Of a DNA stretch of 64,000 nt, positions 43,401 to 52,100 are shown piece by piece. How positions within the stretch are numbered: the first letter of the stretch is position 1; each line of letters starts with the position of its first letter. The position numbers and the translations under genes were made by a program. Location of the stretch: positions 76,018-140,017 of the forward strand of contig JAQGGW010000001.1 in NCBI GenBank assembly GCA_028289135.1. Direction: 5' to 3'. The notes beneath the pieces were generated by a model. It did not search any database and was not told the origin of the DNA. It worked only from the letters and a program-made list of their open reading frames with translations. The stretch is from Candidatus Saccharimonadota bacterium. Lineage in GTDB: Bacteria; Patescibacteriota; Saccharimonadia; Saccharimonadales; JACDBH01.

Positions 43401-45331
43401 CTCAAGTTACCGCCAGCGATATTAACCGTTTGCGTGGCCGCGGTAGCAAGGGCTGAACTCAAAATGCTGACACTCGCACCCGTGGCCGTCGACTGGCCGA
43501 GTAATATCTGTCCTGTTTGCGTGGTCGATCCAATAGTGATTGTTTTAGCAACGCTATTTGAAGTGGCGCCAATGCCAATATCTGGAACGCCGGCTGAGCT
43601 GGCACCAACATCCAATACGATGCTACCTGCTGTACTACCGGCTGTAACTGAGCCGGATTGCAAGGTTAAGACACCAGAGCTGCCGCTTGTTGCGCCGCCA
43701 GCACCGGTAGTAAGTGTAATACCACCACCAACACCGGTTGCTCCGCCCTGGCCCGCCTGCAATGTTAGTAAACCGCCAACACCTGAACCAGTTGCATGTG
43801 CCGCACCGGATGAAATAGTCAGGCCGTTACCGCCAGTGCCAGAATTAGACTGTGTTTCCACTCCTATTGTTCTGGCTGTGGTGGCACTAGTTATTTGGCC
43901 TAGTGACAGGTCATAGCTTACATTGGTGGTGTCGGTTGTGCCGCCATTGTTAATGCCAACCCGGCCGTTACCTTGTACGACAAACAATGAGGCGCCAAAG
44001 GTTGAAGCCGAAGCTGGAGCGCGTACACTAAGCAAACCTTTTGTAGCACCAATAGTTCCAGATGACTGGTCTTGGATATCAAAGCCGTTTCGCGTAGCGC
44101 TGTCTAGGATTATTTCTGGCGTCGTACCGCCCGTTGAGGCATTATATGCATCCTGCAATTTAACGCCCGTGGCACAGGTTGCGAAGGTCAAAATACCTGC
44201 TGTGCCGCTATTTTGCAGACATTGGTTAGCCGAACCAATTGAGGTTGGTAGTGTTAAGGTGTAGTCACTGCCCACCCCGCTTGATGTTATGTTTACAAAG
44301 TTAGACGAACCATCGGAAACAGCCAAAATGCCGGCAACGGAGCTAGTACCAAGCGTTTGCGTTCCGCCCTGAACAGTTAAGTTACCTACGTTTGTAGTGG
44401 TAAAGGCTGCACGGCCTAGGAGCAGGCTCGAAGCGCTGGTTGCACCCAATGATATTGTTCCTTTAGTAGCGCCGGTTCCAGCATCGATAGTAATGTTGCC
44501 GGATGTGCCGGTTGCATCACCCGAACGGATATTTAAGGCGCCCGAGTTGCTGGTTGTGCCAGAAGCATTGCCGGACTTAATTAAAGCAGCAGCCGAGTCG
44601 GTACTAGCCGCATATGTATTGCCACTATTCACATTGTTAGCCATAAATGCGAGCGGAACTGCAGTGGTTTGGATACGCGGCGTCATTTCTGTGTCCCAGG
44701 TTGGGGTAGCTGTCTGGGTGCTGCCGCCGACACGCATAGTCAAGTAGAGTTGTTGGGACCAATCGATGGTGGTTGGGAAGGCTACACCGCCATTGTTAGT
44801 GTCGCCTAGGACAACACTAAAGTAACCATTAGTTACTCTGACTCGGTAATCATTGCCTGAACCTATTGGTGCTGCACCGTCTGTGTCATAGCGGACTTCT
44901 GTCCAGAGACAGCCAGGATCTGCAGTTGATCCTGGTGTCATAGTACAAACACCAGGGTTAGGAGTACCAGTGGAGGTGGTTAGATTGTAGAGCTTGAACT
45001 CAATGTTGTAGTAGCCGTCAGCAACTAGAGAACCGGTGTTACTGAGTAGGCGGCCTTGGAAGTTGAGGGTTTTGTTGGTTGTGAGAGCCAATGCTGTTTG
45101 AGGTGCCTTAAACCCAGCTAAAAGCACGCTGCCTGGGATCAGCAAAAGGGCTATTACGAGAATAGCCTTTTTGCAAAGCAACGTGCTTTTAGCCGGATTT
45201 AAGGTGTTATTTGCACTTTTAGTAAACAAATTTAAAAGGGTAGGAATACGCACCGACTTTAAAACAAAGTCAGCAAGTATTCCTACCCTTGGTATTCGCT
45301 TGACGCGGGGATCCCTTCCCGGTTTAAGCAT
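40490..45331 (-). CDS. giant secreted surface protein P2 (1613 aa from ATG 45331)
   Basis: The start is moved from the track's 45397 to MLKPGRDPRV (ATG 45331, AAAGGA SD), by analogy with P1 and P3; the first 22 track codons are leader. It has the conserved N-module, about 1000 aa of G/T/S/A-rich beta-helix-like low complexity, and a C-terminal tip GGMYYNSNAGRFRCYENGAWADC... Confidence 0.85.
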   Translation of the reverse strand: MLKPGRDPRVKRIPRVGILADFVLKSVRIPTLLNLFTKSANNTLNPAKSTLLCKKAILVIALLLIPGSVLLAGFKAPQTALALTTNKTLNFQGRLLSNTGSLVADGYYNIEFKLYNLTTSTGTPNPGVCTMTPGSTADPGCLWTEVRYDTDGAAPIGSGNDYRVRVTNGYFSVVLGDTNNGGVAFPTTIDWSQQLYLTMRVGGSTQTATPTWDTEMTPRIQTTAVPLAFMANNVNSGNTYAASTDSAAALIKSGNASGTTSNSGALNIRSGDATGTSGNITIDAGTGATKGTISLGATSASSLLLGRAAFTTTNVGNLTVQGGTQTLGTSSVAGILAVSDGSSNFVNITSSGVGSDYTLTLPTSIGSANQCLQNSGTAGILTFATCATGVKLQDAYNASTGGTTPEIILDSATRNGFDIQDQSSGTIGATKGLLSVRAPASASTFGASLFVVQGNGRVGINNGGTTDTTNVSYDLSLGQITSATTARTIGVETQSNSGTGGNGLTISSGAAHATGSGVGGLLTLQAGQGGATGVGGGITLTTGAGGATSGSSGVLTLQSGSVTAGSTAGSIVLDVGASSAGVPDIGIGATSNSVAKTITIGSTTQTGQILLGQSTATGASVSILSSALATAATQTVNIAGGNLSLSGAGKTINLATGSVIAGTTLSVNIANNASAAGTIAVVVGSNGASGHTTLIQGGTSASAITLQTAGGASSAINIGANAVQKTINIGSVGAVIGASAIHIADTSDATTIQSVIIGSNANAAHTTLIQGGSGTAITLTPQTTGTITIGATGGSGIITLGSSTTTQTVNIGAGTGVPTVNIVNGSTTGSSVTIAGQATASGTDTINIATGNTSGTGAKTVNIANGTPAGGVNTVNIGSTALASTLLLQGGTGTGASAAIKLTAASGGDITIGNSSGAGVVNLNSNVTITAGKNITFGASGNFNQSASSGSFSTGTGTATLNGNTTVTGGKSLTVATGSTFTNASSTLFTSIPVSMSAGGNIPSGGSGSTGASTTVDVATTFDITETTGSQTLTLPTPGVATSGRVVYVNNVGSVSFTLYGVVLAAGNSNSYMWNGTGWTSMQGAGVGGSGVNTIGTFSSGTSYANGATITGGNTITLGSASGSTPGLLNGTTQSLDGDKTWTGNTTMTGTLLQKSDSSSAFVLQDSTATYNNLAFDSSTNRLRVYNHGGTRTDYLEMYYDNATSTGIIASSSGTTQIGSGTGSGGNINLLLTNATDQLIACKSSSTSCGTGLTATAAYSTNDFYFRRNVTGTSYALTGNLMTVEDLSTFTSGSSAPNLLYLNQANSSATGNLLLAQTGGATDVFKVSTAGIVTVKAGGTLTSGGALTVSSGGATVLNVDTGGAAALNIAPTNATSIVIGGNTAATLTEKVANSSTAAYNLQTAGGTAFLTLDSTNSRITVGASDTTGTLLILDTKTGSGDPTGVNGGMYYNSNAGRFRCYENGAWADCLGYRHLLTVASDIPSTASVACQNVTALTFSVTSGVVYRYHAHILHTGTATTIGVGYGVSAPASPTLFSQIQNTPSAATTLLTQNINAISTCTASTASFSTTGNIDEVDGVIVPSASGTFQFLFAPETATASGVVIRAGSTLEWW
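45224..45290 (-). promoter_or_regulatory. terminator-like hairpin plus U-rich tract inside the P2 coding region (+42..+108)
   Basis: mRNA sense: AAGGGUAGGAAUAC...GUAUUCCUACCCUU (14 bp), capped by GACUUU-GUUUU-AAAGUC, then UUAAAUUUGUUU. Confidence 0.5.
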
Positions 45332-45357
45332 TTTGATTTTCCTTTGATTGTTTGTGT

Positions 45358-45379
45358 TTATTTCTTTTTGTAGAAATAA
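45358..45379 (-). promoter_or_regulatory. conserved 5'-UTR hairpin upstream of the P2 SD
   Basis: mRNA sense: UUAUUUCU-ACAAAA-AGAAAUAA. Compensatory changes relative to P3 (UUGUUUCU/AGAAACAA). Confidence 0.55.
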
Positions 45380-45431
45380 TTTTTGTCTTAATCCCAAGAA
45401 CTTTTAATATTTGTTTAGGATTAACCCCTCT

Positions 45432-45461
45432 ATTATACCTGCCCTTATTAGCCATGCTCAA
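45432..45461 (-). promoter_or_regulatory. candidate promoter of P2
   Basis: TTGAGC (45461-45456), 18 nt, TATAAT (45437-45432), followed by the conserved GTTAATCCTAAACAAA. Confidence 0.45.
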
Positions 45462-45525
45462 CCCTTAAAGACTACTTTTCTGTACTCGCCAAAAAGCTCT
45501 AATATTGTGAATGTTGTTAAAACAT

Positions 45526-45661
45526 TAGTAGCACTTCTTACAACGTTAATTCATCACAACAGTTCTTAAGCTTTTTTCTTAACTGTTAACTGAGAATCCT
45601 AAAAATTGCATATCGTAGCAAAAAACGCATCATTAATTTAATCAGTCCAAACTTATCCACA
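45526..45661 (-). promoter_or_regulatory. upstream module of P2: two direct motifs 87 nt apart plus TTATCCACA
   Basis: Plus strand: TAGTAGCACTTCTTACAACGTT (from 45526), ATCGTAGCAAAAAACGCATCATT (from 45612) and TTATCCACA (45653-45661). Confidence 0.5.
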
Positions 45662-45688
45662 GCACCCTACCTACATTTCTACAAAATT

Positions 45689-46150
45689 TTATTGGATAAG
45701 GATATAGTCGAAGTTATATGTTGTGCTGGCAGAAGGCGCGTCCAAGAAGTGAATAACAAAACCATCCGTGGTGTTAGTTACAAAATAGCGGGCCGTGGCG
45801 CTGTTGGCGTCTTTAGCTGTCAGTGCAATCCGCGGTGCAGTGGTATATGTCTTGTTAAATTTAACTGTTATCTGCTCACCCGCTGCCAGTGTATAGGCTG
45901 GAGTGTACAAGGTTGCAGCAGCAGTCGTACCAGATGTGTAGCTAACGGTACCAGCACTGTCGTTACCAACAATTGCAAAGCTGCTGTCTTTGCCTGTCAC
46001 GGTGGTGCTGGCTCCCAAGACAGCCGTCGGTGCATTGCCAGAAGTAATAATCCTCGCAACCGTAAGCTGCTGTAATACTGTGTCGCCCTTCACTGTCAGC
46101 CCGCCAAGTGTCGCATTGCCGCCAATTAGTCCAAAGTGATCAAAATCCAC
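45689..46150 (-). CDS. 153-aa protein with H-type-lectin-like C-terminal half, overlapping the end of P3
   Basis: GTG start at 46150, a 25-nt overlap with the P3 3' end, no clear SD. The pattern VKFNKTYTTAPRIALTAKDANSATARYFVTNTTDGFVIHF resembles the H-type lectin beta-sandwich. Confidence 0.55.
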   Translation of the reverse strand: MDFDHFGLIGGNATLGGLTVKGDTVLQQLTVARIITSGNAPTAVLGASTTVTGKDSSFAIVGNDSAGTVSYTSGTTAAATLYTPAYTLAAGEQITVKFNKTYTTAPRIALTAKDANSATARYFVTNTTDGFVIHFLDAPSASTTYNFDYILIQ

Positions 46151-49100
46151 ATCCGATTGTTAGCATCTGTTTTGGCTGTTGACTTGCCCAATATCGAACC
46201 AGGCTGCGGGCTCTGGACCGTTATGACTGACCCAGAGCTTGATGACACCACCAAGCTGCCCGGCTTGATTAGCGGAATGGTGTTTGTGACGGATACCTGC
46301 ACCGCTCCGCCAACCGCGACTTCTATCTCATCACCCTTATGGATAGCTTGGGTAACGGCTACACCAATAATGCGTGTGTCGTCGTCCTGGGTGCTCACGA
46401 GCACTCCGCCGTCGTTATTTTCGTCCAGGATCACCACCTTTCCAGGCTCAATCGGCTCGCTGGCAATAAATTTACGGATGGTGGCTGCCCGGGTGTTTAC
46501 AGGAGCCACGACCTTTATATCCCCGCCAAATTCAGCGTTGCCCGAAACCTTAAGAGTTACAATGCGTGCTTCGTTATTCACGACCAGTGTGTCGATAGTT
46601 GCAAGACCGCTGGTGTTGAGGTCAATGAAGCTGCCGTTTATGGTCATACCCTGTGCTATGCCGCTGGTTTGGACGTTGTAGAAGCTTGGGTTAATAAACA
46701 CGGTTACCGAGCCAGTGCCATCGCCGCTGAAGCTGCCCATACTCATACCCACAATCCGGCCGTTACTGATTGCTTTTACACCCACTCCAGGCTGCGTCGG
46801 TGAAATTGTAATTGGATCACCAGCCACAATCGGACCATTTTCGGCACTGACTTTAACAGGAACGCGTCCAGCTAGAGCCACCGGAACTGCACGGGCACCG
46901 TCGATGGTGGCGTCACTCTGTGAAAGCCTAAGTGCGGGATTGGTAGAGTAAACACCAACAATAGCTTTTGCACTGGCAGCATCACCCTTTTGAACAAATT
47001 TCTCTTCACTAGGGCTAATGCTAACGATGTCACCTGCCGCCAATGTATCATCGCGGGTTGGGTAGTCTTCGGCAAGGTCATAGGAGCCGGATGTTGTATT
47101 GATGTTGCTGCTAAACAAGAAGCTGCCGGCGCTGCTGCGGTTAGAATCGGCCTGGGTATTGCCAACGTAGCTTATTGCAGCCGCAGGGCTGTTGGAGGTA
47201 TCGGTCGCAAACTGTAGAGCAAAGGAATTCTGTACGGTCTTGGTATATGTATACACTGCGCCTGTTGTACCTTCTTCTGTGCCAATATATAAGGAGTTGC
47301 CATAGGCTATCAAAGTGTCGACCTGATCAACAGCTGTTTGGGAACCAAAGGTTCCCCGAGCTGCAGTATATGCTTTGACGTATGGTTGCCCACCCGCGCC
47401 ACCACCAGTTATATATTCGTAGACGGCACCGGCATCACCAGCCACTGTCTTTGTGGCCACGTACATGCGTCCATTATAGACCTGGATAGCCGTAATGGCA
47501 TCAATATCTGTCGCGTCATTTACGGAATCAACACGACCTCTGATTGAGGAAGTTGTTCCAAAAGGACTTGCACCTGCAGCGCCTGTTGAACCCTGCATAA
47601 CATAAACTTCTGCCAGGTTTGTGGCGCCAGTACCAACCCAGAGCCAACCATTCCAGACCTGCATAGTCGTGATGTCCGGGATGGCCGTAATACCCGCCTG
47701 GAGCTGTCCGGGAGTCGTATTCCATAGCGTCATAACAAGGGTTCCACTTGATGAGTCAAGGCGGTAGATGCGGGCTGTGGTTGAACCAGTTATCGTACCC
47801 CACCAGAGATAGCCACCATAAACTACTAGTGGTCCACCATCGATGTCCGCGGTAGCCTCGGCTAGGCCTTTACCCAGCGTAGTGTTCAACCGTGTCCAAG
47901 TAGTAGAGCCGTCGTATCGGTAAATTCCCGCATTGTCAGTACCCCTCGTTACCAGGTAAAACTTGGTACCATAGACTGCCATACTCGAGACGCCTTCTAC
48001 GCTGGCATCCGAACCAAAGGTACCGCGCGTCGCCAACTGAAGCGTCCAAGTCGTTCCATCGTACGCATATACTGCACCCGTTGTTGTGCCAGTTTGCGTA
48101 CCAGCATAGAGCTTACCGTTATAGACACTAAGAACACTGGCATCAATGTTTGCAGTGTCGCCTGAAATAATCTTGCCGCTTGTGGAATCAGTAACCTTGC
48201 TCCAAGTCTTTCCATCACCGCGGTAAATGGCGCTGCCGTCTGTCTTTTTTGTAGAAATATATAACTTGCCATTATATACGGCTGAACTGAAAGCTCCTGC
48301 AACGCTTGTATCAGACCCAAATGTACCGGCAGTTCCAACTAGAGTTACTGCGGCTGGTGAAACATCCGCCTGGCCGCCAACAACAAGGTTACCGTTGTTA
48401 GTCTGTGTAGTATTTACTGTTAGCCCATTGTTGCTTACGCTGAACAAAGAGGCCGTCCCTAGTGTATTTAATACCGATAAACGCTTGTTTGACAAAGAAG
48501 TGTTAGATAATACAGAAATACTGCTGCCTAGCAAATTGGCTGATATTACATCCAAATCACCGTCACCATCAAGATCAATTATTGCGACGTCCTGAGTTCT
48601 CGTTCCAGTGGCGTAGTCGGTATTTGCACCAAATGTACCCGTACTAGTACCAAGTAACACCGATACGGTGTTAGAGCTATCGTTTGCAGTAATAACGTCT
48701 AGATTACCATCTTTATCCAGGTCCCCAATCCTAAAGCTATCAATAAACGCTGAGTTTGCAACCGTATAGTTTACCTCCGCGGCAAAACTTGACCCGGTGT
48801 TAATTAGCACGCCAATTTGGTTTGTGTTGTTTGCAATAACCAAGTCTAACTTACCATCTTTGTTTAAATCAGCACTTTGTACATATGTTGGCTGCGTACC
48901 TACGGTGTAGTCTGTTTTACTGGCCGCGGCAGGAGGGCTAGCGCCGAACTGGCCAGAACCTGCGCCGGTATTTAGATAAACTGAGACAACCGTGCCGCCC
49001 GCATTTGTAATTGCCATGTCAAGCTTACCGTCAGCATTAAAGTCACCGGTTGTGATGCCTTCTGGGTTGGCTCCAGTTGTATAGTCAACTTGAGTCGTAG

Positions 49101-52100
49101 GGGTAGTAGTGGCGCTAAACTGACCGGTACCAAGCCCGCTATTTATTAGAACTGACACTACTGCGCCTGAAGAATATTGCGGCACGGCTAGGTCAACTTT
49201 GCCGTCGCCGTTAAAATCGCCAGCCGCAAGATAGATATAGCTACCCGACCCCGAAATTGTATAGGATCCTGTTGCAAACGTACCAGTACCATTATTTATA
49301 AGTACTGTCACAGTAACGGTGCCGCAAGTAGCAGCTGCATCTAAGTAACCATCGCGGTTAAAGTCGGCTACTACCACACTCTTTGCATTTCCTCCGCCAC
49401 ACACGTTGGTATCACTTTCATTACCATAACCACCGATTCCGTTGCCGAAAAGCAGTCCAACATAACCGTTATTCATTGCTACGATAATATCCTGAATACC
49501 ATCCTTGTTAAAGTCACCTGCAGCAACACTATTTGCCTGGCTCATAACTGGGGAGTCCGTCTTTGCGTCAAACAGATTCGCGGTATTACCGCCAATTGTG
49601 GTATTGCCCTGTCCATCAACACGGACAAGCTGCTTGGCTCCCTGTCCGGAAATACTTAAGGAATCGTTGATACTGTTATTAAAAATATTTAGCGTAGGAC
49701 TGGAAGTAGGTGCAAATCCTAACTCGGCGTTCAGTAACACGGATATTGTGTTACCTCCATTGTTTGTACTTGCAAGATCAATGTTGCCATCATTATTGAA
49801 ATCAGCCGCTATACCAAACTGCGGAGCCGTTCCAGATGAAGTACCTTTTGTATAGTCAACCTTGCTGGCAAAAACGCCTGAACCCGTATTCAAATATGTT
49901 GAGAGCGTGCTCGTATCCATGTTTGTCACTGCCATATCGAGTAAACCATCTTTGTTGAAATCTCCAACGACTACACCTTTTGGATTTGTACCTGTTGCAT
50001 AGTCGACTTTTGTAGCAAATGCTACACCGGTGGTATTGAGTAAGATCGACACGGTTGCTGATCCATAATTTACAGCTGCAATATCGGGTTTACCGTCCTT
50101 GTTGAAATCTCCCACCGCTACTGCCAATGGAGTTGTGCCAACTGTGCCTGTCGTGCTTACGCTAACGGCCGGTGGGCTTGCGCCAAATAGACCTGCGCCA
50201 GAACTAGTGTTAAAGAGGATAGAAACCGTAGTTGCTGCGGAGTTGGAAGTTACGAGATCGACTTTACCATCACTGTTAAAATCTGCAGCTGCAATAGATT
50301 TAGGGGTACTACCGGCAGAATAATCTACTCTAACAGGGTTTGCCGTAGGAGCGCCCGCGCCGAACTGTCCGGAGCCTAAACCAGAGTTAAGGAAAATGGA
50401 AACATTTGAAGTCGTCTGTGCACTTGCCACTGCAATATCTAACTTACCGTCATTATTAAGGTCAGTTGCAACTATGCCAAATGGCAAAGCGACAGTTGTA
50501 TAGTCAACTTTTGTGGTGGCGGTTGGAGCACTAGCACCAAATTGAGCACTCCCTAAGGCCGAGTTAATAAAGATAGAGAAAGTGGCACTGCCGCTATTAA
50601 CCACTGCAAAATCAAGTTTGCCGTCATTATTGAAGTCGCCAGTTACAATGCCAGTTGGGCTTGAGCCCGTAGTGTAGTCAACTTTCGCTGCAAATGTTCC
50701 GTTTACTGCACCCATGAATATCGAAACAGTATTTGATGAGAAGTTAGATACCACCATATCGGAATATCCGTCTTTGTTGAAATCTCCTACTGCCGCATAA
50801 CCAGGAGCTGATCCTGTCGTGTAGTCAGCTTTTGACTTGAAAAGCCCAATGCTCGCCGTTGAGCCAACGCTAAGTGAGTTAGAGGTGGTATCTACATTTA
50901 AGACATTGCTACCCGAGCTATTTTGTACCAATAATGAAGAGGTTGAGTCGGCTGTATTCTGGATTGTTACGCCTACAGCGTTTATATTAAGCGTGTTACT
51001 GCTTTGGACACGCCCATCAGAATATACTGTGCTCCCTGCCCCTGTTACAATGCCGCCGGTAAAGTAGCCCTGGAAGAAGCGGTTGTTAAGGGTTGTGTAA
51101 TCTGTGCTGGTCGCGCCAATGCTCTGGGCAGTATATTTAGTAACTGTCGCGCTAGCGAGGTAGCTAACAGCTGGGCTAACCGTCAATGTCGTCGTTCCAC
51201 CACCGCTAACGATGCGCGTATAGTAATCTTGGCCAGAGGTGTTGTCGATGAAAATAATATCGTTGTTAGCAAAGCTGCCTGCTGCGGTCAGTATGACAGT
51301 AGTCGTATTAGTCGCTGGTGTCGCGCTCGTCGTCCCAGTAGTAGCGGTAGACGCGCCGGTGGCAATGATGTCAGTCGCGACCGTTAATTTATTGTTTGTT
51401 GAGTCTACGTTTAGTAGTGATGTGCCACTCGAGTTTTGAATCTGGAAAGCACTAACTGAGTTGGCATCACTTTGGAACAGGTTGCTGCCATGCACAGTCA
51501 AGCCGCCCTGGTAGTTATTGTTATTAGATACAGGTATATAGTCTTGCTTACCGGACGTCATAACATTATTAGTAACACTGATTGTACCTATCGCTACAAA
51601 CATGCCGTTGCCGTAGACGACACCGTGCCAGCTATCATCAGAGGCAGAGATACGGGAAGTCCAGTTGATGCCGTCTGGAGATGTCATAACACGGTTGCCC
51701 GTTCCTGTACTCGTTACGGCTACGAAGAGACCATTTCCGTAGGTAACGCTGTTCCAGCCATTGGTCGGTGTTGTCCGGCTAGTCCATGTTATACCGTCTG
51801 GGGATGTAGCCACATCAGACGTGGTAGGCCCTAACGCAACTGCTACAAATAGGCCGTTGCCATAGGTAATGCTGTCCCAGTAGTCTACCGACGGCAACGT
51901 ACGTGCCGTCCAGGTAATACCATCCGGGGAACTCATGGCAGCGGTATTGAAGTAGGATACTGCTACAAAGACACCGTTGCCGTAGGTAACTGAGTACCAG
52001 CTGACGTTAGCCGTAGAGACGCGGAGAGTCCAGTTTATACCGTCTGGGCTGGTCATCACGCGGTTGCCAGCATTGGCATCACAAGTGGTACCGCCAACTC

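Noticed and set aside
42249-43916. Long plus-strand ORFs inside P2 (221 aa at 42249-42914, 232 aa at 43218-43916). Similar antisense ORFs occur in P1, P3 and the Kelch gene.
   Set aside because: They lie antisense to far longer, motif-rich ORFs. They translate to Pro/Val/Ala low-complexity sequence that mirrors the G/T/S/A codon bias of the sense strand. They have no SD or independent signals.
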